Below are positions 40,108 to 48,958 of a stretch of DNA of 64,000 bases, in pieces (the stretch's first letter is position 1; every line of letters starts with the position of its first letter). A program made the translations under genes and the position numbers. The stretch is from Acidobacteriota bacterium (GTDB lineage: Bacteria > Acidobacteriota > UBA890 > WLXD01). Below the pieces are notes generated by a model. That model made no database searches. It was not told where the DNA came from and was given only the letters and a program-made list of their open reading frames with translations. The stretch covers positions 3,488,001 to 3,552,000 of the forward strand of contig CBDFKD010000002.1 in the NCBI GenBank assembly GCA_965248695.1, in the 5' to 3' direction.

Positions 40108-41298
40108 ATGCTGCGCTGGCTCGAGCAAGTAGGATCGATCACCGCCTACAGCCTGCGCACGCTGCCTCAGCGGGCGGGATCGGTAGTCGCGTCGGCGGTC
40201 GGCATCGCCGGGGTGGTTGCGGTGTTTATCGGCGTGCTGTCGATCGCGGCCGGGTTCCGTGCCGCGATGACCCAGGGTGCCGACGACGACACCGTCATCG
40301 TGCTGCGCAGCGGCTCCACAGGGGAGCTGGTGAGCGCCATGCAACGCGCCGACACCCGTGTCGTTGGCGAGGCACCCGGTGTGCTCAGGGACGGCAGCGG
40401 CGCGCTTTCCTCACCTGAGCTCTTCCTCATCCTGAACCTGCCGCGTCGATCGACCAACACCGACGCCAACGTACCCCTGCGCGGAGTGGAGGAGGAGGCC
40501 TTCCGGGTGCACGACAAGCTGCGCATCGTCGAGGGACGCGCGTTCGAGTGGGGCCGCTCCGAGCTGATCGTCGGCCTCGGCGCGAGCCGCGAGTTCGGCG
40601 GCCTGGATCTCGGTGGCGCGCTGGATGTCGCCGGACAGCCGTGGACCGTGGTCGGCCTCTTCGAGGCGGGCGGCGGGCTCGAGGAATCCGAAGTATGGGC
40701 CGACGCGCGGCTACTGCAGTCCGTCTATCGGCGCGGCGACACCTTCCAGTCCGTGTACACCAAGCTCGAGTCGCGCGACGCGTTCAGCTCGTTCAAGGAC
40801 GAGCTCGATACCGATCCGCGAGTCAACGTCACCGTCAGCCGCCAGTCGGAGTTTTACGCCTCTCAGTCGGTTCTTATCACCGGGTTGATCACCGGGCTGG
40901 GTACCGTCGTGGCAGCGTTGATGGGCATCGGTGCGGTGTTCGGGGCGCTCAACACCATGTACACCTCGGTGTCCTCGCGTACCCGCGAGATCGCCACGTT
41001 GCGGGCGCTGGGGTTCAAGTCCGCGCCGGTGATCATCGCCGTACTGTTCGAGTCGTTCGTCATCGCGGTGCTCGGAGGCACGATCGGTGGCGTGGTGGCG
41101 TGGATGGCGTTCGACGGCTTCACCGCATCGACAATCAACTTCCAGAGCTTCAGCCAGGTCGCCTTCGCGTTCGATGTCACGTCGTCGCTGCTGATCCAGG
41201 GAGTCTTCTACTCGACCCTGATCGGTCTGATCGGTGGGCTGTTCCCGGCGATCCGTGCGGCACGTGTACCGATCGCTGTTGGTCTGCGCGACGCCTGA
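40108..41298 (+). CDS. ABC transporter permease (MacB/FtsX-type)
   Basis: GALNTMYTSVSSRTREIATLRALGF, GGLFPAIRAAR. Confidence 0.93.
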   Translation: MLRWLEQVGSITAYSLRTLPQRAGSVVASAVGIAGVVAVFIGVLSIAAGFRAAMTQGADDDTVIVLRSGSTGELVSAMQRADTRVVGEAPGVLRDGSGALSSPELFLILNLPRRSTNTDANVPLRGVEEEAFRVHDKLRIVEGRAFEWGRSELIVGLGASREFGGLDLGGALDVAGQPWTVVGLFEAGGGLEESEVWADARLLQSVYRRGDTFQSVYTKLESRDAFSSFKDELDTDPRVNVTVSRQSEFYASQSVLITGLITGLGTVVAALMGIGAVFGALNTMYTSVSSRTREIATLRALGFKSAPVIIAVLFESFVIAVLGGTIGGVVAWMAFDGFTASTINFQSFSQVAFAFDVTSSLLIQGVFYSTLIGLIGGLFPAIRAARVPIAVGLRDA

Positions 41299-41453
41299 TT
41301 CTCGACCCGCCGGGGTCTAGCCCACGGGTGACCTACGGGCCCAGGGGTTGCCGGTCGGGGCGGCGATGCGCCTCGTCGTTGGCTGGAAATGTCGGCTGTT
41401 TCACTGCATCATCGCGAGCAATCCAGTCCGCCCCTCGTGTCGAGGACAACGAC

Positions 41454-43109
41454 GTGATCAAGACTACCGCTACCGTGCTATCCGCCGTTCTGGCGACCAC
41501 CTTAGTGATCGCCTGCGCGCCCGCCGCCGAACCTTCGACCGTTCCGGGCAACGACACGATCCGCCAGGAGGACCTCCGCGCCGACCTCGAGTTCTTGGCG
41601 GGAGACGGAATGCGCGGCCGCGGACCCGAGAGTTCGGAGAACGCTCTCGCGGCCGAGTTCATCAAGGCACGCTTCCAGCGCCTGGGCCTCGAGCCGGCGG
41701 CCGCCGATGGCTCCTACTATCAGGGCTTCGAGCTCATTACCACGAGCCTCGGCGCCACCAACCGCCTCAGCGCCACGATCGACGGTCGACCGGCGGCGGC
41801 ACGTATGGGTGCGGACGTCACCCCGATGAACTTCAGCGGTAGCGCCTCCGGGAGCGGCGAGCTCCTAGTCGCCGGCTTCGGGCTCGTCTCCGAAGCGCTC
41901 GACTACGACGACTACGAGGGCGTCGATGCGACCGGCAAGGTCGTGCTCGTGTTCGATCACGAGCCCGGCGAGTTCGTTGCCGAGAGTCCATTCGACGGCC
42001 TGGTGCGATCAGAAGTAGCGCGCGATCTGCGCAAGGCGCTCATGGCCCAAGAGCACGGCGCGGCGGGAATCCTGTTCGTCAGCGATGTGCACAACCACGA
42101 ACCGCCCGCCAGCCTGCAGGCCGCCCACGACCAGCGCTGGGTACAGCCTGCGTTTACGAGTTATCTCCTGGCGAGCTGGACGGATCGCGTCACGATACCG
42201 GCCGTGCGAATCTCCGTCTCCCTGGCCGAGCGACTGGTGGCAGGCGCCGGACGCGGTCTCGGCGAGCTCTCGCGAGAGGCGGAAACGGGCGCCGGCGCGG
42301 CCACGATCGAGATGCCGGATGTGCGCGTCGACATGACGACAACGGTCGACCGCCGGCGCGTGCCGGATCGCAACGTCGTCGGCCTGCTGCGTGGCGCGGA
42401 CCCCGAGCTCGCCGACGAGGTGGTCATCGTCTGCGCCCACTACGACCACGACGGTGCCGATGGCGACCGGATCTACAACGGTGCCGATGACGACGGCTCG
42501 GGTACGGTGGGCGTGCTCGAGATCGCCGAGGCGTACGCGCTCGCCGCCGCCGCCGGTCAGCGACCGCGCCGGTCGGTGCTGTTCGCGGCGTGGAACTCGG
42601 AAGAGGTCGGGCTGATGGGCGCCTGGGCCTACACCGAGGCACCCTTGTTTCCGCTCGAGCAGACCGCTGCAGCGTTGAACATGGACATGATCGGTCGCAA
42701 CGAGGAGGTACCTGCTGACGGCGGTGGCCGCTTCCGTGGGCTCGAGCCGCAAACCGCCGAGGAGAACGCCAACAGCGTTCACATCATGGCCTACACGTAC
42801 AGCGGCGGCTTGCGTAACGGTGTCATGGACGCCAACGCGACCATCGGGCTGGATCTCGAGCTGGCATACGACAACAACGCCTCGAACTTGCTACGCCGCA
42901 GCGACCAGTGGCCGTTTCTGCAGCGCGATGTGCCGGCGCTGTTCTTCCACACCGGGCTGCACCCCGACTATCACCGCGAGACCGATACGCCCGATCGAAT
43001 CAACTATCCGAAGATGGAGCGTATCGTCCGTCTGGTGCACAGCCTCAGCTGGCAGCTGGCGAACGCCGACGAGCGTCCGACGCTCGACGAGCGTCGCGGA
43101 ACGCTCTGA
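41454..43109 (+). CDS. M28 peptidase with PA domain, lipoprotein
   Basis: Lipobox VIAC; AHYDH, NGADDDGSG, NSEEVGL, NMDMIGR, RSDQ, DYH; GTG start inferred. Confidence 0.92.
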   Translation: MIKTTATVLSAVLATTLVIACAPAAEPSTVPGNDTIRQEDLRADLEFLAGDGMRGRGPESSENALAAEFIKARFQRLGLEPAAADGSYYQGFELITTSLGATNRLSATIDGRPAAARMGADVTPMNFSGSASGSGELLVAGFGLVSEALDYDDYEGVDATGKVVLVFDHEPGEFVAESPFDGLVRSEVARDLRKALMAQEHGAAGILFVSDVHNHEPPASLQAAHDQRWVQPAFTSYLLASWTDRVTIPAVRISVSLAERLVAGAGRGLGELSREAETGAGAATIEMPDVRVDMTTTVDRRRVPDRNVVGLLRGADPELADEVVIVCAHYDHDGADGDRIYNGADDDGSGTVGVLEIAEAYALAAAAGQRPRRSVLFAAWNSEEVGLMGAWAYTEAPLFPLEQTAAALNMDMIGRNEEVPADGGGRFRGLEPQTAEENANSVHIMAYTYSGGLRNGVMDANATIGLDLELAYDNNASNLLRRSDQWPFLQRDVPALFFHTGLHPDYHRETDTPDRINYPKMERIVRLVHSLSWQLANADERPTLDERRGTL

Positions 43110-43153
43110 GACGCAGGCCGGAGCAGGAGGCAGCCCGCCTGGCACCGAGACTG

Positions 43154-44212
43154 CTAGCGGGCGTCGCGGTAGTTGATCTGCAGCTCGCGCTGGATGTTGA
43201 GGATGCGATCGGTCGGGCGTGAGTGCGTACCGAGCACGAAATTGGTCACCGGGTCGGCCTCGCCGAACCGCTCGCGGAAGCGCTCCCACAGAATGGGGCC
43301 CGTATGCGGGTCGTAGCCGGCCTCGTAGGCGTAGCGTAGACCGACTCGGTCGGCCTGATCCTCGAGCTCGCGGCTGTAGCCGTTGGTCCACGCCTGAGTA
43401 CCGATGAGCGCCGCGACGTTGGCCACGTTTGACCCCGCGCCACCAGCGATCGCACCGCCGAGCAGGCCGGCCCCGAGGCTCGCCAGAGCCTGTTTCCACA
43501 TGCCCGATTTCGCACTGCGGCGAGAGTGCTCGTGGGTGTAGTGGGCTAGCTCGTGGCCGAGGATGATAGCCAACTCATCGTCTGAGATAGCGTCCATCAA
43601 CCCGGAGTAGATCCAGATCGACCCGTTGGCCATTGCCGAAGCGTTCCACAGCCGCGTTTCGACCACGTGGACTCTGACTTCGCCCGCGACCAGGTAGGAC
43701 GGCTTCAGCTTGGCGAGGATCTTCTCCACTCGCAGCACGCGGTCGTCGTAGGAGACGATCTGACCGATCGTGCGCTCGCCGTCGTACATGCGGCCCGCTT
43801 GCAGCCATTCGCGCTCGAGCTCGTTGCCGGCCGAGCGCACCTGGGTCTCGAGCAACTGCGAGCCGTTCGGCACAGCCTCGATCTGATCGGCAACGATGAC
43901 ACCGGTCTCGAGCCGCCGACCCCGGACGCGGGCCTCGAACCCGAGGGCGATCTCGCTCGGATTCTGCACTTCGCCGCTGATCACCGTGTCGACGGTAATC
44001 CGTACGCGCTGGCCGTCGATAATGAAAATGCCGCCCTGGCGGTACTCGGCGTAGGCGTCCAACTCGACGGGTGTGCCGGCAGCCGTCGCCTCCGACTCGA
44101 AGATCACCTCGCGTTGACGAGGCGGCAACGGCTCCTGCAACTGGGCGATCGCTGGCGCGACCGACGCCACCATGCCAAGGCCCAGCAGGCCACGGGCGAG
44201 CGTGCTTCGCAT
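43154..44212 (-). CDS. Exported M48 metalloprotease with N-terminal OB-like (DUF5666-like) domain
   Basis: Signal peptide; WNASAMANG, LGHELAHYTHEH, YSRELEDQADRVG, THSRP..RI. Confidence 0.9.
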   Translation of the reverse strand: MRSTLARGLLGLGMVASVAPAIAQLQEPLPPRQREVIFESEATAAGTPVELDAYAEYRQGGIFIIDGQRVRITVDTVISGEVQNPSEIALGFEARVRGRRLETGVIVADQIEAVPNGSQLLETQVRSAGNELEREWLQAGRMYDGERTIGQIVSYDDRVLRVEKILAKLKPSYLVAGEVRVHVVETRLWNASAMANGSIWIYSGLMDAISDDELAIILGHELAHYTHEHSRRSAKSGMWKQALASLGAGLLGGAIAGGAGSNVANVAALIGTQAWTNGYSRELEDQADRVGLRYAYEAGYDPHTGPILWERFRERFGEADPVTNFVLGTHSRPTDRILNIQRELQINYRDAR

Positions 44213-44297
44213 GAATCGGCTCCGTAGGCTCAGGGGCTTGCTACCCCTGAAGCTAGCATCCCCGTGCCCTGCGACCATAGTCCGGCAGCTGTCGCTG

Positions 44298-44777
44298 TCA
44301 GCGGGCACCGAGTTGCTGGGCCATACGGTCAACGTAGGCGACCAGCACCGAAATCGCCTTTGCACCAGCGGTCAGGGAATTATCAGTTGGCGTCAACAGC
44401 GTCACGTTGGTCACTGCGAACACGGTGCAGTCATAGCTCGTCGGAGCGTCGCCGAGAGGTATGGCTTATCACCCAGGATCTGCCTCCAGCGTCCGCCGCA
44501 CGAGGTGGCCGAGGGCGTGGTCATCGCCGCTGAGGTCCCCGTCGAGAGGGTCACCGTGGGACTTCTTCAGGCGCTCGATGATCAGGCCCGAGTCGCCGAT
44601 GAGGGCGCCATCGATGTTGACGTAAGGAATCTTGCCGCGTGGCGCCTTGATGGGGTCGCCTGGGGCGGTCTCGTACTCGATCTTGGCCAGCCGCAGGTAC
44701 GACTCGAGCTTGGCGGCGAACGGACTGACGCTGAAATGGGATCCGTAAGCGGGCGCAAACTGATGCAGGGTGATCAT
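44298..44777 (-). pseudogene. Glutathione S-transferase (metaxin/FAX-like) pseudogene
   Basis: N-domain SPFAAKLESYLR..PRGKIPYV..DSGLII ends at RRTLEADPG*; C-domain remnants ILGDKPYL and LGDAPTSYDCTVFA...LVAYVDRM follow in other frames. Confidence 0.82.
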
Positions 44778-45439
44778 GGCGCTGACATCCCGGATGGGTA
44801 CCACTCCCCGCGACCTTCAGGCGTCAGATCGAGGTAGCTCCAGACCGGCGACAGCAGGTCCATGCCGCGGAGCTCACTCTGACCCAGCAACGCGCTTTGG
44901 GAGTAGAAGTGGACGATGGCGCCGTCATCGCTGCGCACGAAGACGGAGACGCCAGGTAATTGACTTCCATCCGCCACCTCGAAGCCGAGCCGTACTTTGA
45001 GGTCGGAGCCAGCGGCCGACACAACGCGCAGATTCTGCCATCCACGTGCCGCGGCTACCAGAGAGAAGCGTTCCACGTCACCGGCAATGAGGACAGCGAA
45101 ATTCACTCGTTCGCTCAGATGCTCGACTACCGCCGCGTAGCCATCGGCCCACATCGAACACATCGGGCACGCTTCCGCCTGCGCCTTGCCGTACATGAAC
45201 TGCATCAGCACAAGCGGCTTGTCAGGTTCATCGAACAGGTGCGACAGCTTCACCGGCAGGCGCACACCGTCTCGGACCTCCTCGAATAGCTCGTCGTCGA
45301 CGCGCGTATCGAGCGGCAGGCCGCGCCGCAGTTGTGCCACACGCTCGCGCTGGTCGCGCAGCTGTTTCTCCGCGATTTGCAGCTCGTCGCGCAGCTTCGC
45401 ATAGCGCGCGGATTCGTTCTCCAGCCGACCGATCTTCAT
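44774..45439 (-). CDS. DUF899 thioredoxin-like protein
   Basis: ERVAQLRRGLP, QFMYG, CPMCSMWADG, PGVSVF, LDLTPEGR. Confidence 0.9.
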   Translation of the reverse strand: MKIGRLENESARYAKLRDELQIAEKQLRDQRERVAQLRRGLPLDTRVDDELFEEVRDGVRLPVKLSHLFDEPDKPLVLMQFMYGKAQAEACPMCSMWADGYAAVVEHLSERVNFAVLIAGDVERFSLVAAARGWQNLRVVSAAGSDLKVRLGFEVADGSQLPGVSVFVRSDDGAIVHFYSQSALLGQSELRGMDLLSPVWSYLDLTPEGRGEWYPSGMSAP

Positions 45440-45479
45440 GATGCTGCTCGCTCCTTTCTTCCGATGAACGCGGTCACCG

Positions 45480-46373
45480 TCAAGCCGTCTCCGGCATTGG
45501 ACAGGCGGTAAGCATGGCGAGGTACTCGGCCAACGGCCCGTCCTCGGCCTCGTAGCGCTGCGACGCGGCTTCGAAGCCAGCCGCCCGCAGAACACGGCGA
45601 GCATCGGCGACCGATAGCGGGAAGTCACGGTTGGCCGAATGGTCGGTCAAGATCCGCGCACCGGCGGCCCCGCCGCCGTTATCAAGGTAGCCGCGCTCGA
45701 GCCGATCAATCAGGTCTGTGCGCCAAGCCGTCGGGGTTCCGGCCGGCAGCGCCTTGATACCGAACCCGGGTACTCCTGCGGCCGCCAACACCGACGGCTC
45801 CACCATCGCCAGCGACGAAAGCTCACCACCCTCGTCGACGGTTTCCGGTCGGGAGACGTGCGGCGCCCGGTCGGGTCGATAGCAATCGTGGTTCACCAAC
45901 CGCCCGTCGGGTTCGAGCAGGGAGTGGGAGTGGCGCGCCATGAACCAGAGCTCCTCCGGCGTCCCGTGGTGCCAGTTCAGACTCACGAAGATGAGATCGA
46001 ACGGTGCCCGCGACGACAGCGGGCGCAGGTCCCAGGCGCTGCCCTCGAAGATCTCCGCCTCGACGTTAGGGGAAAACGGAAATCGGCCCGCCTTCTCGAC
46101 CTGCTGTCTGTTGATGTCGACCCCGGTGTAGTGGAACGACCGATGCGGGAACTCCTCCATCGCGGTCGCCATGGTGAACGGCACACCGCCGCAGGCCAGA
46201 TCGAGCACGCGCATCTGAGCTTCGGGCGGCCGCAGGTCGACAATCGCGCCCACTTGCTCAGCGAGCTTCGCCGCTGCCTGTCGGTGCAACAGCACGTTGC
46301 CGCGCACGAGCAGCTCGTACGGACTGTCGCCGGAGAAGAAGACCTCCCGCCGCATTGCCTGATTGGAGCTCAT
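45480..46373 (-). CDS. Class I SAM-dependent methyltransferase
   Basis: RVLDLACG, YTGVDIN, FDLIFVSLNWHH, LEPDG, DFP. Confidence 0.8.
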   Translation of the reverse strand: MSSNQAMRREVFFSGDSPYELLVRGNVLLHRQAAAKLAEQVGAIVDLRPPEAQMRVLDLACGGVPFTMATAMEEFPHRSFHYTGVDINRQQVEKAGRFPFSPNVEAEIFEGSAWDLRPLSSRAPFDLIFVSLNWHHGTPEELWFMARHSHSLLEPDGRLVNHDCYRPDRAPHVSRPETVDEGGELSSLAMVEPSVLAAAGVPGFGIKALPAGTPTAWRTDLIDRLERGYLDNGGGAAGARILTDHSANRDFPLSVADARRVLRAAGFEAASQRYEAEDGPLAEYLAMLTACPMPETA

Positions 46374-46469
46374 TCGCCTCGGGATGTTGTCTTTCTCAGG
46401 TATCTTCTGGGCGCAAATGTAGCCAGCTGCCGCCAACATGGTCAATTGGGGCGGGACAGGGAGCGTGTC

Positions 46470-47598
46470 GTGAGCGAGACATCAACGACTAGAAGATTCG
46501 GCGGCGGAGTCGCCATCGGGCTGACGATCGTAGCTGCGGCGGCACTCGTAGCGGTAGCGCTCATCGGCGACCGCGACGACGAGCTAGCGCCGCAGACAGG
46601 CAGCGGCAGCGCCGTATTCGACCCCGCGGGTGCGCTCTGGCTTGAACAGACGCATGGCGCCACCGCCAGCATCCGCGGTCTGAGCGCCGTGAGCGCTGAG
46701 GTCGCCTGGGCCAGTGGCACCGAAGGAACGTGGCTGCGGACGGCGGACGCCGGGGCGACCTGGAGCTCAGGGCAGATCGCCGGCGCCGAGGAGTTGGATT
46801 TCCGCGACATCGAGGGCTTCGACGCCGACAGCGCCTGCGTGCTCAGCATCGGCCGCCCAGCGAGGGTGTACTGCACCGATGATGGTGGCGAGTCGTGGAC
46901 TTCCAGCTACGAGGACGACACCCCCGGGATCTTCTTCAACTGCATGGACTTCGCGGACCGTCTGCACGGCTTTGCGGTCGGCGACCCCATTGAAGGCCGA
47001 CTGCAGCTGATCCGAACGAGCGACGGCGGCCGCAGCTGGAAGCGATTGGTACCGGACACGCCGCCGCTGCCGCATTCCGGCGAGGGCCAGTCCGCTGCCA
47101 GCGGCACGTGCCTGCTGGCGCGCGGCGACCGTCTGTGGATCGCGGCCCGGCGCCGCCAGCTCGCGCCTGTATCGCTCCGTCGATGCGGGCATCAACTGGT
47201 CGGCCGTCGAGACTCCGCTGCGCGCCGAAACCGGCTCACAGGGGAACTTCTCCGTGGTGTTCTGGAGCGACACTGCCGGGGTGGTGATCGGAGGCGACTT
47301 CGAAGAAGATGCCAGCATGGAGGGCAACGTCGGGCTCACGATCGACGGCGGCGCGACCTGGTTTCGCCCGCCCGGCAACCCGCCCGGAGGTTTTCGGTCC
47401 TGCGTGACAATCGTCGGCGGCGCCAGCCCCGCGGCGCTAGTCGCCGTCGGCACCAGCGGCTCCGATGTCTCGATCGACGGCAGCCAGAGCTGGAGCCGAC
47501 TCGGCACCACTGGCTTCCATGTCGTCGCCGCAAGCCGCGACGGAACGGCTGTCTGGGCGGCGGGCAGCGAAGGTCGCATCGCCCGGCTCCGCAGCTAG
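46470..47598 (+). CDS. YCF48/BNR-repeat beta-propeller protein, frameshifted near 47147
   Basis: Repeated T.DGG.(S/T)W Asp-boxes, SIRGLSAVS, LDFRDIEGFD, AASGTC; removing one C at 47146-47148 joins to SRLYRSVDAGINW...VWAAGSEGRIARL. Confidence 0.85.
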
Positions 47599-47648
47599 CG
47601 GAGAGCGAACGTCAGGCTCTGCACTACGGCCCTACGAGCCGGCCGGGC

Positions 47649-48023
47649 TCAGTATCGCGGCCCGTAGTGGCGGATCAGCGAGCCGACGTTGTACCCGTAG
47701 CCCCCCGCGTAGCGTCCGAAGTGACCGCAGCCCGAGTGGTGGTAGGTGTGCCCGCGCTCGCGGTAGCAATAGCGCCCGCAGTAGCGCGACGGTCCGAACC
47801 GCGTCGAGCGAACATAGTGGCCACGCCGCGGCCCGTGATTGCTGTACAGAGCCTGGAAGCCCAGACCGCCGATGTTGAACGACGATCCGTAAAACCAACC
47901 CGGCGCGGAGTGTCCGTAGGAGACCCCATAGCTGCTGTAGCGAGTGGCACAGCCGGCGGCGAAGGCGAGCGCGCCGACCGCCAGGGCGACACCAAGCACG
48001 GTGGCAACTCGGTGCTTTGACAT
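47649..48023 (-). CDS. Small Gly/Tyr/His/Arg-rich lipoprotein
   Basis: Lipobox AAGC; GGGAGGAAG RBS; low-complexity mature part with three further Cys. Confidence 0.7.
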   Translation of the reverse strand: MSKHRVATVLGVALAVGALAFAAGCATRYSSYGVSYGHSAPGWFYGSSFNIGGLGFQALYSNHGPRRGHYVRSTRFGPSRYCGRYCYRERGHTYHHSGCGHFGRYAGGYGYNVGSLIRHYGPRY

Positions 48024-48074
48024 GGCTTCCTCCCAGCGGAAGGAAAGGTGGACAGGGGATCCACCTTCTGTCGA

Positions 48075-48090
48075 TGCAAGATCAGTGCCG
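48075..48090 (-). promoter_or_regulatory. Sigma54 (-24/-12) promoter candidate for the small lipoprotein
   Basis: Minus strand CGGCAC-TGATC-TTGCA (GG-N10-GC), about 50 nt upstream of ATG 48023. Confidence 0.65.
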
Positions 48091-48264
48091 GTAAGTCAGA
48101 TCGCGAAAAGCCCGCGATTCGGCGTCCAGCGGTCACTTCGAGGTCGAGGCAGGCCCAGAATCGACGACAAGCGGACGGTTTGTTGACCGTTTAGTGACTA
48201 TATGCGGACATCGACCGCTTGCCCGGCTGCCAAAGAGCACCGCGCTACTGAAGCGTTGACTGTG

Positions 48265-48930
48265 CTACTGAATCGTTCGCGGTGAGAATGCCGGGTCCAA
48301 CGCCGCCAGCCGAGCCCATTCCATGGCCTCGATCAGATAGAGCGGAAAATGCCCGGCACCGAAACTCCCCAGGACCTCATAGCGCTGCCGTGCGTTGGAC
48401 TGTACGAAGACGATCTGAAACTCGCCGACGAAGGCGCTCACCGGACTGTCCTTGCCCTGCGGCCCGATGGTGCGATAGGTCCATACCGTAGCGCGCCCTG
48501 AGCCACCGGGAACGAAGCGCACGAAATCGGGCTTGCCGAAAAGAATGTGGATCTGGCCGCGGTCCGACTTCCAGCCCTTGGGGTACTCGTTGTAGCGATC
48601 GTTGGCCGCAGCGACGCGTGTGTAGAACTCGATCTTGTACGGATTGGTGCGATCCCGCAGGTCGTGATCTCGCCGCTCCCAGAACTCCGCGATAAATCGG
48701 GCGCGCTGTGCGGTCGCCCCGAGCGCCTTGAACGCGTCCCTTTCGACCTCGAGCAGGGCGTACTGCACCGGTCCCTTGAGCCAGCTATCGGCGTCGCTCT
48801 CGTACAACACCATGGCCTCTGTGGGCGTATCCGGAAACGACTCCTTGAACTGCGCCGACGCAGCCGGCACCGCAACCGTCAGCAGCGACATCGCCGCTGC
48901 CACGGCATGACATGACACCGTTGGCATCAT
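48265..48930 (-). CDS. GWxTD domain protein, exported
   Basis: Signal peptide; FIAEFWERRD, EFYTRVAAAN, GWKSDRGQIHILFGKPD. Confidence 0.88.
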   Translation of the reverse strand: MMPTVSCHAVAAAMSLLTVAVPAASAQFKESFPDTPTEAMVLYESDADSWLKGPVQYALLEVERDAFKALGATAQRARFIAEFWERRDHDLRDRTNPYKIEFYTRVAAANDRYNEYPKGWKSDRGQIHILFGKPDFVRFVPGGSGRATVWTYRTIGPQGKDSPVSAFVGEFQIVFVQSNARQRYEVLGSFGAGHFPLYLIEAMEWARLAALDPAFSPRTIQ

Positions 48931-48958
48931 CACGCGATCGGCGCCGTCGCCCCCCATG

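Noticed and set aside
39571-41453. Extended starts of ORFs 39571-41298 and 40548-43109 suggesting fusions
   Set aside because: The extensions overlap upstream permeases in other frames; better starts are at 40108 and 41454
45639-48020. 793-aa ORF as one protein
   Set aside because: Only 46470-47147 is coding; the rest is antisense to neighbouring genes or read-through after the frameshift
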